Shown here: in pieces, positions 14,444-29,321 of the stretch | Position numbering within the stretch: the first letter of the stretch is position 1 | How the letters are laid out: each line of letters opens with the position of its first letter | Assembly (NCBI RefSeq): GCF_009914755.1 | Contig: NC_060932.1 | DNA length: 64,000 nt | DNA from: the human T2T-CHM13v2.0 reference genome, Homo sapiens | Strand: one strand, 5' to 3' | The notes under the pieces: generated by a model | Told to the model about the DNA's origin: nothing | The model's database searches: none | The model's input: the letters and a program-made list of their open reading frames with translations, nothing else | Position numbers and translations under genes: made by a program

Positions 14444-16779
14444 AAAAGGTGGGAGAGTAGAAAGAGTTTAGGTAATTAATAGCTAATGCTAATGCACTCT
14501 ATTTAACAATGAAGATAGCAAGATAATAGGAAGTGTAGTAGTAAGGGTTTATGGATATTGATTCAGGACTAAAATGATGCTAAGAAGAAAAAGAAAGCTT
14601 GAAAATGCAGAAAATCTAAAGAGTTTTCTGCAGAATGTTGGTATCTTTCTCTACAAATAATTTTTCATGGCTCAGTATACCTGAGGAAAGAAAGTTTTTA
14701 GGACTGATCCCAGAGTGGCTATTTGAGGGCAGAAAATGCAACATAACAAGAGTGTAATGGCCCTTAGATAGCTGGAAAGAGGAAGATTATGTGGTTGATC
14801 ATAAAATACAAATGAAATAAAAGAGAAAATTCGATCAGTAGCATCAGATAAAGTGATTCTTACTGGAGAATAAACGTACAAAACTCTTTGATGAGAAAGC
14901 AAAGTGACACATAAACGACAGATATGAATATGGAGCTCTGACTGAAGATACAGATATTAAGATTTATTATTTCTGAGGGTGATTACAAGGCTCACTTCTG
15001 GCCAAGGAATTGAGAAGTTGAATTTGAGAGCAGGTGAAGTCATTTAATTTGAAGAGACAAAAGTTTATTTTATGGTGCTTATTATTCTATTTGATACTGA
15101 GACCTTACATGATGCTAAGGAATGAAAGGTAGAGAAGAATATGAGCCTAGTGCCAAAGTCTTCAATAAATGTGGAAGGGGACCAAGAATTACATATATAC
15201 TGGGACAAGGAGCAGAGATTTTCCAAACTACGCTTCCCAGTGGAGCCAATATATCATAATTATTTTGCTTTAAGCATGTATTTCATTATGCAACTAATAA
15301 CTTTCTGAAAACAAGAGACTAATATGACTTCTGCTCCTGTCATTTAACTCAAAGTGTTTCAACCCATTCCCATTATTTATAACTACATGGGTCCTGATTA
15401 AAATACACCTATGGGGTAAGATGCAACTGGGATACAGTGAGAAGACTGGTACTCCTAACTGTCAAAGGTAATTATTTTAAACTGTTCTGAGAATTAGGAG
15501 AATAGAGTTAACACAGAGCTGTTGCTAGGATATAAACATTTCTCAGAAATTTTCCATATACAAACTTCATCAAGATCAATAGCTTTGGTTACTCTCCTCT
15601 CAAATAGTAATTAATTGAGAAGGGCTTAGGGCAAATTAATTACTTCTTTTTGTTTGAGCTTACTCATTAAAAATAACTTTCACATAGATCATAATAAACA
15701 GGGTTTGCCACAAAGTAAGTGCTTAATAAGTGTTGTTTAATAAGATTCTAGCAATGAATACAATGCTTTATAATATTATTATATTAAATGTAGAGTGAGG
15801 AGGGAGCTGGATGTAAGGACAGTTTTAACTTACAATACAGGAAAATAAACCCTTATTTCTTACTCTGTCTGAGAAGTAATGGGGAGGTTGGGTGGGGGTG
15901 GAAGAGAGAGAGAGAGAGCGAGAAGAAAGGAGACTAATTTTTATGGCCAAAACAAAGGTATTTCCATGGAACCTTTTGTTAAAGCCTCTGAAAAAGAAAA
16001 GAAAATGCCTAACATATTCTAGCCAGAAAAAAAAAAAAAAGGTTTTTGGAAAGATTAACTGAATATTTGTTAGTGTCTGTGGTTTGTTTAATTAAGTCTA
16101 AAAAGGTATGTCTGAAAAAAGTAATTTGAGTGTGAATTTTGATACATAGACCAGACTGGAACCATATGAAGAAAACCACAAGCTTTTTGAGAATTGTGTT
16201 GGCAAAAATGATGACAGTCTGGATCAAAAGGGAATAAGATGGTTTAATATGAAAAATACTTCTGTTCCTCCACTTTTTAAATTGAGAAAGCAAGCTGATA
16301 AAGCAACTGAGCTACAAAGAAAGGCATATTCTACAATTACTTTTGCAGAAGCGGGGAAGCAGGAAGGCAGGAAAGGACAAACCTTTTAAAGAAATCAGCC
16401 AAGAGCTTTGAAAAACAATGCACTGGGGAGCAAATTTTAGGGAACAAAGCTGAGGCATAAACAGAGGATAATCTGAGTCTATAGGGAAGAAGGACAATAT
16501 TTTCCAAGTAGGATTTCCAATAATTATGAACCAGTAACTTCTTTCTTCTTTGGAACTCTCATTCTCCCCTTTTGCAAAGGGAGTATTTATTGCAGTTGTT
16601 CTGTCCCGGTTCCATCATTGGGTATATTTGGCAATTAACATGTATTTTCATAAATCTTCAGATCATGAAGAGCTGTATCCAACCTTAATGTAGAACATGG
16701 TATATTGAACTTCAAGGCTAATAACATGCATAGATAGGATTTGTGAGAACTTGATATGAAAGTAAATACATTTCCATAT

Positions 16780-16913
16780 GAGAGAGATATGTGTAATTAT
16801 AACCAAGAGAGTGAATGCGATAGAGGTAATTGTTAGCCTCTATTTAGAGAGAGATATGTGTAATTATAACCAAGAGAGTGAATGCGATAGAGGTAATTGT
16901 TAGCCTCTATTTA
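16780..16913. repeat. Perfect tandem duplication, 2 x 67 bp
   Basis: 16780-16846 is identical to 16847-16913. Confidence 0.97.
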
Positions 16914-16986
16914 TTAATTATCTCTGTATCCACAATCTTTCACATCCCATTATGTATTTTGTCTCACTAGAGGAATACAGAAATTC

Positions 16987-17066
16987 TTTTTGTTAATTTT
17001 TTTAAGCGAAAGCAAGTGTGTTAAGAAAGTAAAGGAATAAAGAATGGCTGCTCCCTAGGCAGAGAT
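16987..17066 (-). mobile_element. Short ERV1 (MER4-group) LTR fragment with T-rich tract
   Basis: 'gaaagcaagtgtgttaagaaagtaaaggaataaagaatggctgctccctaggcagag' matches the poly(A)-signal region of MER4-group LTRs in reverse. Confidence 0.6.
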
Positions 17067-17283
17067 CTGAAAAATTCCTCTCCAGGCTTGAATTTGATCT
17101 CCACTGTTAACACTATTTTTGGCTAAAAAAATGTAGTAAAAATGACATGTGTCATTTTAAACCCTAGGTCTTAAGGAGAATTGCATGTTTCTTCTTGCCC
17201 ACTTGTTCTTCTGCCCATGCCATCAGAAAACTTTTCACTGGATATCTGCTGTCCTGTCTGCTGGGCTTTGAAACAATACTAAT

Positions 17284-17319
17284 GGGTGTGTGTGTGTATG
17301 GGTGTGTGTGTGTGTGTGT
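17284..17319. repeat. (TG)n microsatellite, interrupted
   Basis: Direct reading. Confidence 0.9.
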
Positions 17320-18591
17320 TTAACTTTAAATACATAAATGATAAAACCCCATGTGCGATGAGGAGCTAAGACCTGGACGTGGGGTGAAACAGCTCAGCTA
17401 GGCACAACAGGTATTACATGATCTGTAGTAGATCTGGATGCTCATCAGGATGAGATCATATCCTTATTTCCATAAGCCATTATGTTTTTGGAAGATGAAT
17501 TGTCCTGGAGATATCTTATATATCATTTGCCTTCTTAAAGCCCTAAATATGTCTCTGTGTATGATAATTATGTCACTTATTTAAAATTACCTACACACAA
17601 ACACACACACAGATTTGTATGTGTTTTTATCATGACATAGTTTCAGGACCTTGAATGTAGGGAAATAATAGAAACTAAAAGAATGAACTTCATAAAGTTT
17701 CCCTAAAGGAGTGTGAGAAAACATTTTAAATTTCCTGTTTTCAAGGCATGATAAATCTCTTGTTTTATTCGTTTAATTCCCTTCTTATATCCTTACCCCC
17801 AATTCAATTTCTCTTTCAATAGATGACATTAGATGACTAGGGGTCATCTAATGTTTATTACCGCTGTGGTTCTATATGCTTTTGGAAAATTTGAATAGCC
17901 ATACTAGATACATATAATACATTTATATACATTATACCATTTTATTAGTATTTCACTAAATCCTATGTGCTTAAGACACATTCATATTGGTATTAACATT
18001 TAGAACTTTGATTTCTTCTGCTACATTTACCACAGGCTATACATGCATTCCTCCATTAATTGACAACTAAGTTGTCTCCAATTTCTTAGCATTAAAGATA
18101 ATGCTACAATCTCTCCTCTTAAAAGGCATTTGAATTAAGGAGAGAAACTGGGCTTTCTGAATGCTGAAAAGAGTCAGGAATCTATAAATTCCGCTTCATG
18201 TCATGAGATATTTGAGGTCCGGTAACACATGTAGAAAGATAAATAAATTAGAGCCAGCAAGATATTGATAATATTCTACTCTACAATTTATTTTTCTCCC
18301 CATTATGACAGTTATTTTTTTAAAACAACAACAACAATCACAAAATGCATGATATGGTTGGACAATTTGAGGTGGAATTAGAAGGTCTTGAGATGACAGT
18401 ACTATAAAAAAACAAATAGTGGAAATAGGATATGCAGTATAAGTTTTCATAAATATTAGTGGAGCAGAGGGGGGGGGGGTTTAAATGGCATGCAGATTAC
18501 TATATTACCAACACAGGCTATTTCTAACAACACAAGTTGTCAGTTTGAGAGGTACTTTTCAAGAAAAGAGAACGGGACCTCCTCCTTTTAA

Positions 18592-20416
<1,825 letters not shown>

Positions 20417-20952
20417 AAAAAATGAAAACATTAGATTTAAAAACAAGCTTCAAATAAAATACCTAAGACTATTTTAAATAAAGATATAAAACAAAAGAGC
20501 AGAAATCTGGAAGTAAAAACAATCTGAAAGTTCATACTAATTCAACATCAAGAGACTTGAGAATGTAAAAAGAAATAAATAAAAATAAACAAGCCAACAA
20601 ATCATACTCGAGAAAAACAAAATAATATCATGCAATGGGAAATGAAAGGAACATATTCCATTTTTTCTTAATTTGTTTATTACAGAGCCTTCATAATGAG
20701 AGATTATCTTTATATTGACCATATTCAATGCTGATCCCTACTTGGCAGGTCATAGAAGTGCTGCATAAAATTTCTATAAGCTGTCTTTTTTTTTTTTTGG
20801 CTACTTCAGTTTTCTAAAGATATGCAGCAATAAATGTATTAAGGGAATCAAAGAGCATGATGGAAGAGAGGGAGGGAAAGAGGAAGACAGAACACAGACA
20901 ATGAAATTACCTTTCAGGTAGCACACTGAATTAACAAGATAATTGAAGTATT

Positions 20953-21652
20953 AGAAAAGAAAAAGAACAATAAAGCAAAGAAAGAAAGAGATAGAGAAAA
21001 GGAGGGAGTGAGGGAGGAAGGGAGGGAGGGAGGAAGGAAGGAAGGGAGGAAGGAAGGAAGGAAAAAAGTAAGAGAGAAAAGAGAGAGAGAGAAAGGAAGG
21101 AAGGGAAAGAGAAGAAAAGAAAGAAAGAAGAAAAAAATAAAAATAAAAAGAAAAGAAACGAAAAGAAAGATAGAAGGAAAGAGAAGAAAGAAAGGAAGGA
21201 AGAAAGGAAAGAGAAAAGAGACAAAAAAGAGAGAAAGAAAGAGAAAGGAAAGAAGGAAGGAAAAGGGAAAGAAATGAAGGAAGATAAAAAAGAAAGGAAT
21301 TGAGAGAGAAAGAAAGCAAGCAAGAAAGAAAGAGAGAGAAAGGAAGGAAGAAAAGAAGACAGAAAATAAAGAAAAAAGAGAGAAGGTAGTAAGAAAGAAA
21401 GGAAGAGAGAGAAAGAAGGGTGGAGAGAAAGGAAGGTAGAATGAAAGAAAGAGAAAAAAGAAAGAAGGAAGGAAAAGAAAGGAAGGAAGAAAGTAAAGAA
21501 AGGGAAGGAAGTAGAGAGAGAATGGGAAGGAAGGAAGGAAATAATATAGAGAGAGAGGAGGGAAAGAAGGAAGAAAAAGAAACAGAAGGAAGAAAGGGAA
21601 GGAAGGAATGAATAGAGAAAGGAAGGAAGAAAGAAAACAAGAAGGAAGGAAA
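20953..21652. repeat. ~700 bp polypurine (GA-rich) low-complexity tract
   Basis: Mixed GAAA/GGAA/GAGA units with very few pyrimidines on the + strand. Confidence 0.95.
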
Positions 21653-21744
21653 TGCATTTGTATATATAGGTAACTCAAACATGGCATGAATTGCAATTGT
21701 ATCAATGAATTTGGTAGAAAGATTTTTCATGGATCTCTGCTTAG

Positions 21745-22340
21745 TATGTAACGCAGCTGCAGTGCTCAGTTGAGCTGGCATTGTGATGCTGCAGCTCTTG
21801 GAGTGGATGTGGTGAGATGTCAGCAGGGATCTTGGGATGTGGAGATGCAGGGGCTGTTAGGCCCCAGGGCACGGTGCAGTCTGGTGGAGTCTGGGCTCTA
21901 AAATGGCAGCATGCTTCAGGTGCTTGGCTCTTGGGAGTTGTGTGGGGCCCAGCAGGACCTCTCTCTCTTCGGAACAATGCCATCAGGTGGATTCCAGGCA
22001 ACTCCCTATACCAGTCTCAGTGCTTGCAAGCGCTGAGGGCCTCTCCCATGGCTAGAAATACAGAGGATCATAGTGAGAATGTGGACCACTGGGAATCTCT
22101 CACTCACCTTTTCTCCTGCACAGAGAAGAGTCTCCTGGCTCCAAGTTGATCTTGGCCAAGTTGTCTGTTTCATTTTCCTCTTCTTTCATGCTCCACAGCT
22201 TCTCTGCCACTTAACTGCTAAATTTCGATGTTCTCTCTTAGATACTTTAGTCAACTTGTGATTCTGTACTCACTAACATGGTCCTTCCTTGCAGAGATGG
22301 CAAGTGTTGGATGCTTGTAGTCAGTCTTCTTGAAGCCCCC
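21745..22340 (-). mobile_element. Old L1 5' UTR fragment (L1M1/L1M2-like)
   Basis: Locally GC-richer; ends 'ggatgcttgtagtcagtcttcttg', the reverse of the typical L1 start 'caagatggctgacta'. Confidence 0.55.
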
Positions 22341-22883
22341 TCACATAAATAGTTTTTATGCCTGGAAATGACACAGCTTTCCTTTTGCTAAGCCTTTAGT
22401 TCAAGCGTTTGAGTAAATCAATTTAGAACTTGAAATTCAAATTCAAAATAAAGGAGAAAACTAAAGCAATTGTAATTATCCGTATTTTAGACACTTTAAA
22501 ACTTTTTTCCTTAATGGTAGATAAAATAAATACTATTTATTCTGAATATATATAATATATATAGTAATATATATATATTAGTAGAAGAAGTAGAATTTCT
22601 ACAAATGAACTTGTTGAGAATCAGGATGATCTCACATAGATTGTTTTAACATGAGACTGTCTCTTAAATCTTCTTTGAAGTATATACATTCTCAGGGCTT
22701 ATAGACAGAATCAACTCTTTCTCCATTGTGTTCAAAATGAGGTCTAGACATTTTTCTTCTTTTAAATATTTCTCCATGATTTTAGTCTCTGAATTTCACA
22801 TAAACTCTGAATATATTTATAGTTAATTTTACTGGAACTAGAAAAAATCTAAAATCAATTTATGGAGAGGAAATCTTTTAGAA

Positions 22884-23050
22884 ACTGGCTTCTGAAAATA
22901 TGATGTAAGGCCCACCAGCCTTGACATCATTTGGAAAATCATTAGAAATGTAGAATGTCAGAATTTATCCCAGGCCTATTGAGTTAGAATATACATCTTA
23001 ACAAGTTTTATAGATAAGTGGGCACATTAATATTTGAGACACATTGCTTT
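22884..23050. mobile_element. MER5-like hAT-Charlie remnant
   Basis: 'catcatttggaaaatcattagaaatgtagaatgtcag...cccaggcctattgagttagaat...tttgagacacattgc'. Confidence 0.6.
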
Positions 23051-23231
23051 ACAGGATGAATCAAAGGTTGGCCTGATGCTAATCATTTTCAGTGTCCAAT
23101 TTCTTCAGGATGTTCAGGTACTTATTTGCTGAAGAAACATCCATTTGATGAAAATAGATTGATCAAAATATCCAGTAAAAGCCCTCTATCATTCATTTAA
23201 TGCTATTTACCATTTGGTCATCATGAGTTGA

Positions 23232-23715
23232 TGTAGGAGATCGGTCAGGGTGGTAGGAAAATTTGGAGAAAGATGCAAAGCTTCTTGGAAGGCCGGAAGG
23301 TTTTACGAAAGCTTCAGAAAAGGGTTTGGCTGAAGGCAGCTGAATTCTCTCAGAGTAGATAACAAGGAAGTGTAAGGGAATTGATCTAGATAAGTTAGTT
23401 TACTTAAGCCTGGAAACCTGGCCTTTAATCATTCGCGTGCAGGACTACCCTCTCTCTGGGAGATGGTGGGGGGTGAGGGTGTGACTATGTGAATTGCCCA
23501 CAAGTGTGTTGACTCAAGGCCTTTGTCATTAAATTTATACTGAATAGATGCCCACAATGCCAGCTTGTCAGTGCTGTGGCTGTTGACTCTGTACAGCACC
23601 TTCCTTGGTGTCTGTGGGTGGCCCGATCCCCTAGCCCACTCTTTCACTGGATATCGCTGTCCAAGTGCATTTGTTCATCCGTAGTTTAGCCAGGGTCTGC
23701 AGGTCAGACCCAATA
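23232..23715 (+). mobile_element. LTR22-like solo LTR (HERV-K HML-5 family)
   Basis: Starts 'tgtaggagatcggtcagggtggtaggaaaa', ends 'agggtctgcaggtcagacccaata'; ~480 bp; degenerate 6-bp TSD agttga/ggttca. Confidence 0.75.
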
Positions 23716-23769
23716 GGTTCAGTATTATCATTTTACCTTTCTATACTCACAATTCAAAAAGAGTTTCAA

Positions 23770-24070
23770 GGCTGAACACGGTGGCTTATGCCTGTAATCC
23801 CAGCATTTTGGGAGGCCTAGGTGGGCGGATTACCTGAAGTCAGGAGTTTGAGACCAGCCTGGCCAACATGGTGAAACCCCGTCTCTACTAAAGATACACA
23901 AAAAATTAGACAGGTGTGGTGGTGTGTGCCTGTAGTCCCAGCTACTTGGGAGGCTGAGGCTGGAGAATCAATTGCTTGAACCCGGGAGGTGGAGGTGGCA
24001 GTGAGCTAAGATGGGGCCACTGCACTCCAGCCTGGGGAACAGAGTGAGACTCTGTCTCAAAAAATAAAAA
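23770..24070 (+). mobile_element. AluS (AluSx-like)
   Basis: Full dimeric Alu; TSD ~aaagagtttca/aaaaagtttca. Confidence 0.95.
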
Positions 24071-25881
24071 AGTTTCATGGACCCAAAATAATTCTGTTGC
24101 ATTTAAGCTATTAGGACAGAGAGAGATACAGAGCTGTGTGTAACTCTATTATTTAAAAATGGACCTAGTTCATTTTTACACAATACATGGGAAAGGACCA
24201 CAAAGCTATTTGTCATTATTAGAGGTCAAATCCAAAAAATAATCTCACTACTGTCCATTGAATTGCTGAGACCCTAAAGCTTTGGAAATGCATTCTCACT
24301 TATTTTGAATAAAATATAAAGGACTCTTTATGTTCACAACTGAAGGTTAAAGTCATACTTTATATTTACTCTAAGAATAGAGTAATACTACACATATTTT
24401 TCCTAAGCATATTTATACAATTAATATATATTTATATAACCATTAATATCTAAATAAAGTGACAGCATTTAATTTTATAGTATGAAATATTACCTAAAAT
24501 TCCAGAAGTCTTAACTTTTACATTCTCAACAACGTTAGTAAGTTTTATTTGATTTTATTTAAGACCACTGAAATAACATAGTTAAATCTACAAGGTTTAA
24601 GGGCATGAGATCAATTATAGCTAAATAGTACAGAAAGGGAGAATAATTATGCTTGCATCCCATTTGTTGACAGTTCTAAAATACGTTTTGCTACAGAGTA
24701 AAAGTGTTAGACTTATGATGACCAATTATTATATGATTTTAAATTCTGTTATAGAAAGCCTAGAGGGATTCCTTTTTTCTTATGTTTACTTGCCAGTTTT
24801 TAGCTTGTCCAAGGATGGGCAAAATTTATCATTTTTCTGTTTCAGTCGTTCAGTGCTTGTGAATTGTTATGTTATTGTTTCAGTTTGGATAGATGTGCAA
24901 TTCTTACATTTTGCTTGAGACTCTGGTTGGACTCAATACCCAGATACAAAATAAAAGTCAACAAAACTTTTCAAGTTTTCTATTAGATTTGGATTGAAAT
25001 AGGTAAAGTCAGAAATGTTGCAAACCAAATTGGAAAAGTGAAAAATAGCCCAAGGGCAATAAAGCTCTTAACTATAAAAGTAGTTAGCAGCATCATCACA
25101 CAATTTAGGACAACACCAACCTATACACTGAGTATAGATAATATCAAGTTTCCTCACTGAAGAACTGAGTGTCTGCAATTTTATGCTCTTCTTTTTTAAT
25201 TGTACCATTCAACAAATCTTTGCTTGTCACAGCTAAGAGTCAAAATTAACTCTATGTGGTACAGGATACACCTAGGTACTTGCACTAATAACTATGTATG
25301 TGTTAACTAACATATTCTTTTAATAAAGTTTTCCATTTTTAGTTCATTTTAAAAATGATATGTGACTTAGTCAAATATTCTCAAAATTCATGAGTGGGCA
25401 GAAAGTCATATTCAAAAACAGTTATTAAAAAGCTTATTATATGCCTTTGATTTTAAATTAACACCAGTATGATACTTTTCTAAAACTCATAATAAACATA
25501 AAAACTGAAATATGAAAATCCAGCTTCAAAACAACTCACTCCTATATTTGATTTGACCCTTATATGTTAAAACTAAATACTAACCCCAAATTATGTTATT
25601 TAATAATGCAAAATTATAAGTAATATATTACAAAGATAATTAAATGCTTCTCTATATCTGAGAATTTCAGTTATCAAATTAAAATAGAATTTTATGGCAG
25701 CATCTAAACATTGCATCTTAGATTATTTGTTTTCTAATTCTATAAGTTGATAGCTTGGTAGAAAGGAAAGAACATCACTGGGGTCAGATGGCATATTCTA
25801 TCATTGCAGTATTTTAAATATAATTGTTCCTTTTTGCATAGTCCTTTATCAGATTTTTACATGTAATAAAATGGGTTTGTG

Positions 25882-25883
<2 letters not shown>

Positions 25884-25915
<32 letters not shown>

Positions 25916-25932
25916 TCTGTGTGTCTGTGTGT
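25884..25932. repeat. (TG)n microsatellite
   Basis: Direct reading. Confidence 0.95.
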
Positions 25933-25960
25933 AGAACAGCTCCAGGTTCAGGTTCAGATA

Positions 25961-27280
25961 CAGGCACACCTCTGAGATATTGATAGTTCAGTTCCAGACC
26001 CCTACAATAAAGCAAATATTGCCATAAAGAAAGTCATATAAATTGTGTGGTTTCCCAGTGCACTTACCTATAGGTACAGGCACACCTCTAGATATTGCAG
26101 GTTCAATTTCAGACCACAGCAACAAAGTAAATACTGCTGTAAAGCAAGTGACATAAATTGTGTGGTTTCCCAGTGCATTTAAAAGTTATGTTTATACTAT
26201 ACTGTAGTCTATGAAGTGCGCAGTAGCACTATGCCTAAAAAAGTACATATCTATCTTATTCCACTAGTGTTGTTACAAAGATATACCTGAGGTAGGGTAA
26301 TTCATAACAAAAAATATTTATTTGGTTCACAGTTCTGCAGGCTGTAGAAGAAGCATGGCTTTTTCATCTGTATCTGGTGAGGGTCTCAAGCTGCTTTTAC
26401 TCATGGTGGAAGGGGAGCTTGTCTGCAGAGATCACATGGCAAGAGAGGAAGCAAAAAAGAAAGAGGAGGAGGTAACAGTCTTTTGGAACAACCAGTTCTC
26501 ATGGGAACAAGAAAACTCACTCTGCAAGAATGACACCAAGTCATTCATGAGGGATGTTCCTCCACAATCCAAACACCTCCTACACTGGAGATCAAGTTTC
26601 AACATAAGACTTGGCAGGGCCAAAAAAGCCAATAGAAATACCTTAATTAAAAAATACTTTATTGATAAAACATGCTAATGATTATCTGAGCCTTTAGTGA
26701 GTAATAATATTTTTGCTGATGAAAAGTCTTGCTTCAATGTTGATGGCTGTTGATCAGGTTGGTGATTGCTGAAGGTTGGGATGACTGTGATAATTTCAAA
26801 TATAAGACAAAGATGAAATTTGTGGCATTTATTTTCTTTTCCTTCAATGAAAGATTTATCTGTAACATGTGATGCTGTTTGATAGCATTTTATTTATAGT
26901 AGAAATTCTTTCAAAATTTGAGCCAATTCTCTCAAACCCTGCTAATGCTTTTTCAACTAAGTTTATGTAATATTCCAAGTCTTTTCTTGCCATTTCAACA
27001 ACGTTTGCCGTGTCTTCATCGGGAGTTGATTCCATCTCAAGAAACCAGTTTCTTTCCTCATCCATAAGAAACAATTCCTCATCCATTCAAGTTTTGTCAT
27101 GAGATTGCACTAATTCATTCACATCTTCAGGCTCCACTTCTAATTCTACTTCTCTCGCTATTTCCACCAAAGCTTCAGTTACTTCCGTGACTGAAGTTTT
27201 GAAACCCTCAAAGTCATCCATGAGGGTTGAAATCAACTACTTCCAAGCTCTTGTTTTGACCTCCTTCCATGAATCAAGAA
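25961..27280 (-). mobile_element. Tigger1 (TcMar) 3' portion with duplicated terminus, interrupted by an MST LTR
   Basis: TA followed by TIR 'caggcacacctc.gagatattg'; transposase C-terminal remnant in ORF 26856..27086 ([25 protein letters not shown]). Confidence 0.9.
26252..26635 (-). mobile_element. MST (MaLR) solo LTR inside Tigger1
   Basis: 'atacctgaggtagggtaatt...ttggttcacagttctgcaggctgtagaagaagcatggc...tttcaacataagacttgg'. Confidence 0.8.
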
Positions 27281-27281
27281 G

Positions 27282-27868
27282 TGTGAAAAATGATGGTGGT
27301 ATTTTGATGGGAATTTCATTAAATTTGTAGATTGTTTGTGGCACTATGGCCATTTTCACAATATTGATTTGATCCATCCATGAGCATAGGATGTGTTTCC
27401 ATTTGTTTGTATCATTTATTATTTCTTTTAGTGGTGTTTTTTAATTTTCCTTGTACAGGCCCTTCATGTCCTTAGTTAGATGTATTCCTAAGTATTTTAT
27501 TTTACTTTTTGCAGCTATTGTGAAAGGGGTTGAGTTCTTGATTTGATTCTCAGCTTGGTTGCTATTGGTGTATAGCAGAGCAATGGATTTGGGTACATTA
27601 ATTTTGTATCCTGAAACTCTCCTGAATTCCTTTACCAGTTGAGGAACTTTTTAGAGGAGTCTTTAGAGTTTTCTGATATATGATCATATCACCAGCAAAT
27701 AGCAACAGTTTGACTTCCTCTTTACCGATTTGAATGCCATTTATTTCTTTCTCTTTTCTGATAGCTCTGTCTAGGACTTCTAGTATTATGTCGAACAGAA
27801 GTGGTAAGAGTGGGCCTCCTTGTCTTGTTCCATTTCTCAGTGGGAATGCTTTCAACTTTTCCCTGTTC

Positions 27869-27870
<2 letters not shown>
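27282..27870 (-). mobile_element. Internal L1 ORF2 (RT) fragment, L1PB/old-L1PA type
   Basis: ORF 27598..27912 contains [30 protein letters not shown]...LFAGDMI, which aligns with ORF2 of the L1 at 49029..50483. Confidence 0.9.
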
Positions 27871-29158
<1,288 letters not shown>

Positions 29159-29173
29159 AAGTGGAGTGAAAAA

Positions 29174-29239
29174 GGTAAAATGGCTGAGTAAACATTAGAC
29201 TGCAAATCTGAAGATGGAGGTTAAGGCCTCTTTTTACCA
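29174..29239 (+). pseudogene. MT-TY: mt-tRNA-Tyr pseudogene (anticodon mutated GTA->GCA)
   Basis: ggtaaaatggctgagt...ctctttttacca. Confidence 0.92.
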
Positions 29240-29321
29240 CTCCCGAGGTGATTTTCATGTTGAATTCAACATGAAAATTCAGACTAAGTTCAAAGGAGCA
29301 GCTTCACTCCTGCCAGGGCTT
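29239..29321 (+). pseudogene. MT-TC: mt-tRNA-Cys pseudogene with an insertion in the anticodon loop
   Basis: cccgaggtgattttcatgttgaatt[insert]caaaggagcagcttc...tgccagggctt. Confidence 0.9.

Larger units (their letters stand above)
16150..17500 (+). mobile_element. Old MaLR (MLT1) internal 3' end plus LTR, degenerate
   Basis: 'ttctccccttttgcaaagggagtatttattgcagttgttctgtcccggttccatcattg' resembles MLT1-int; 'taggtcttaaggagaattgcatgtttcttcttgccc...ctgcccatgccatcaga' resembles an MLT1 LTR; boundaries approximate. Confidence 0.45.

Noticed and set aside
20914-21781. Long ORFs of 263, 276 and 130 aa (F/L/S-rich) and K/R/E-rich ORFs
   Set aside because: Artefacts of the stop-poor polypurine/polypyrimidine tract; not membrane proteins
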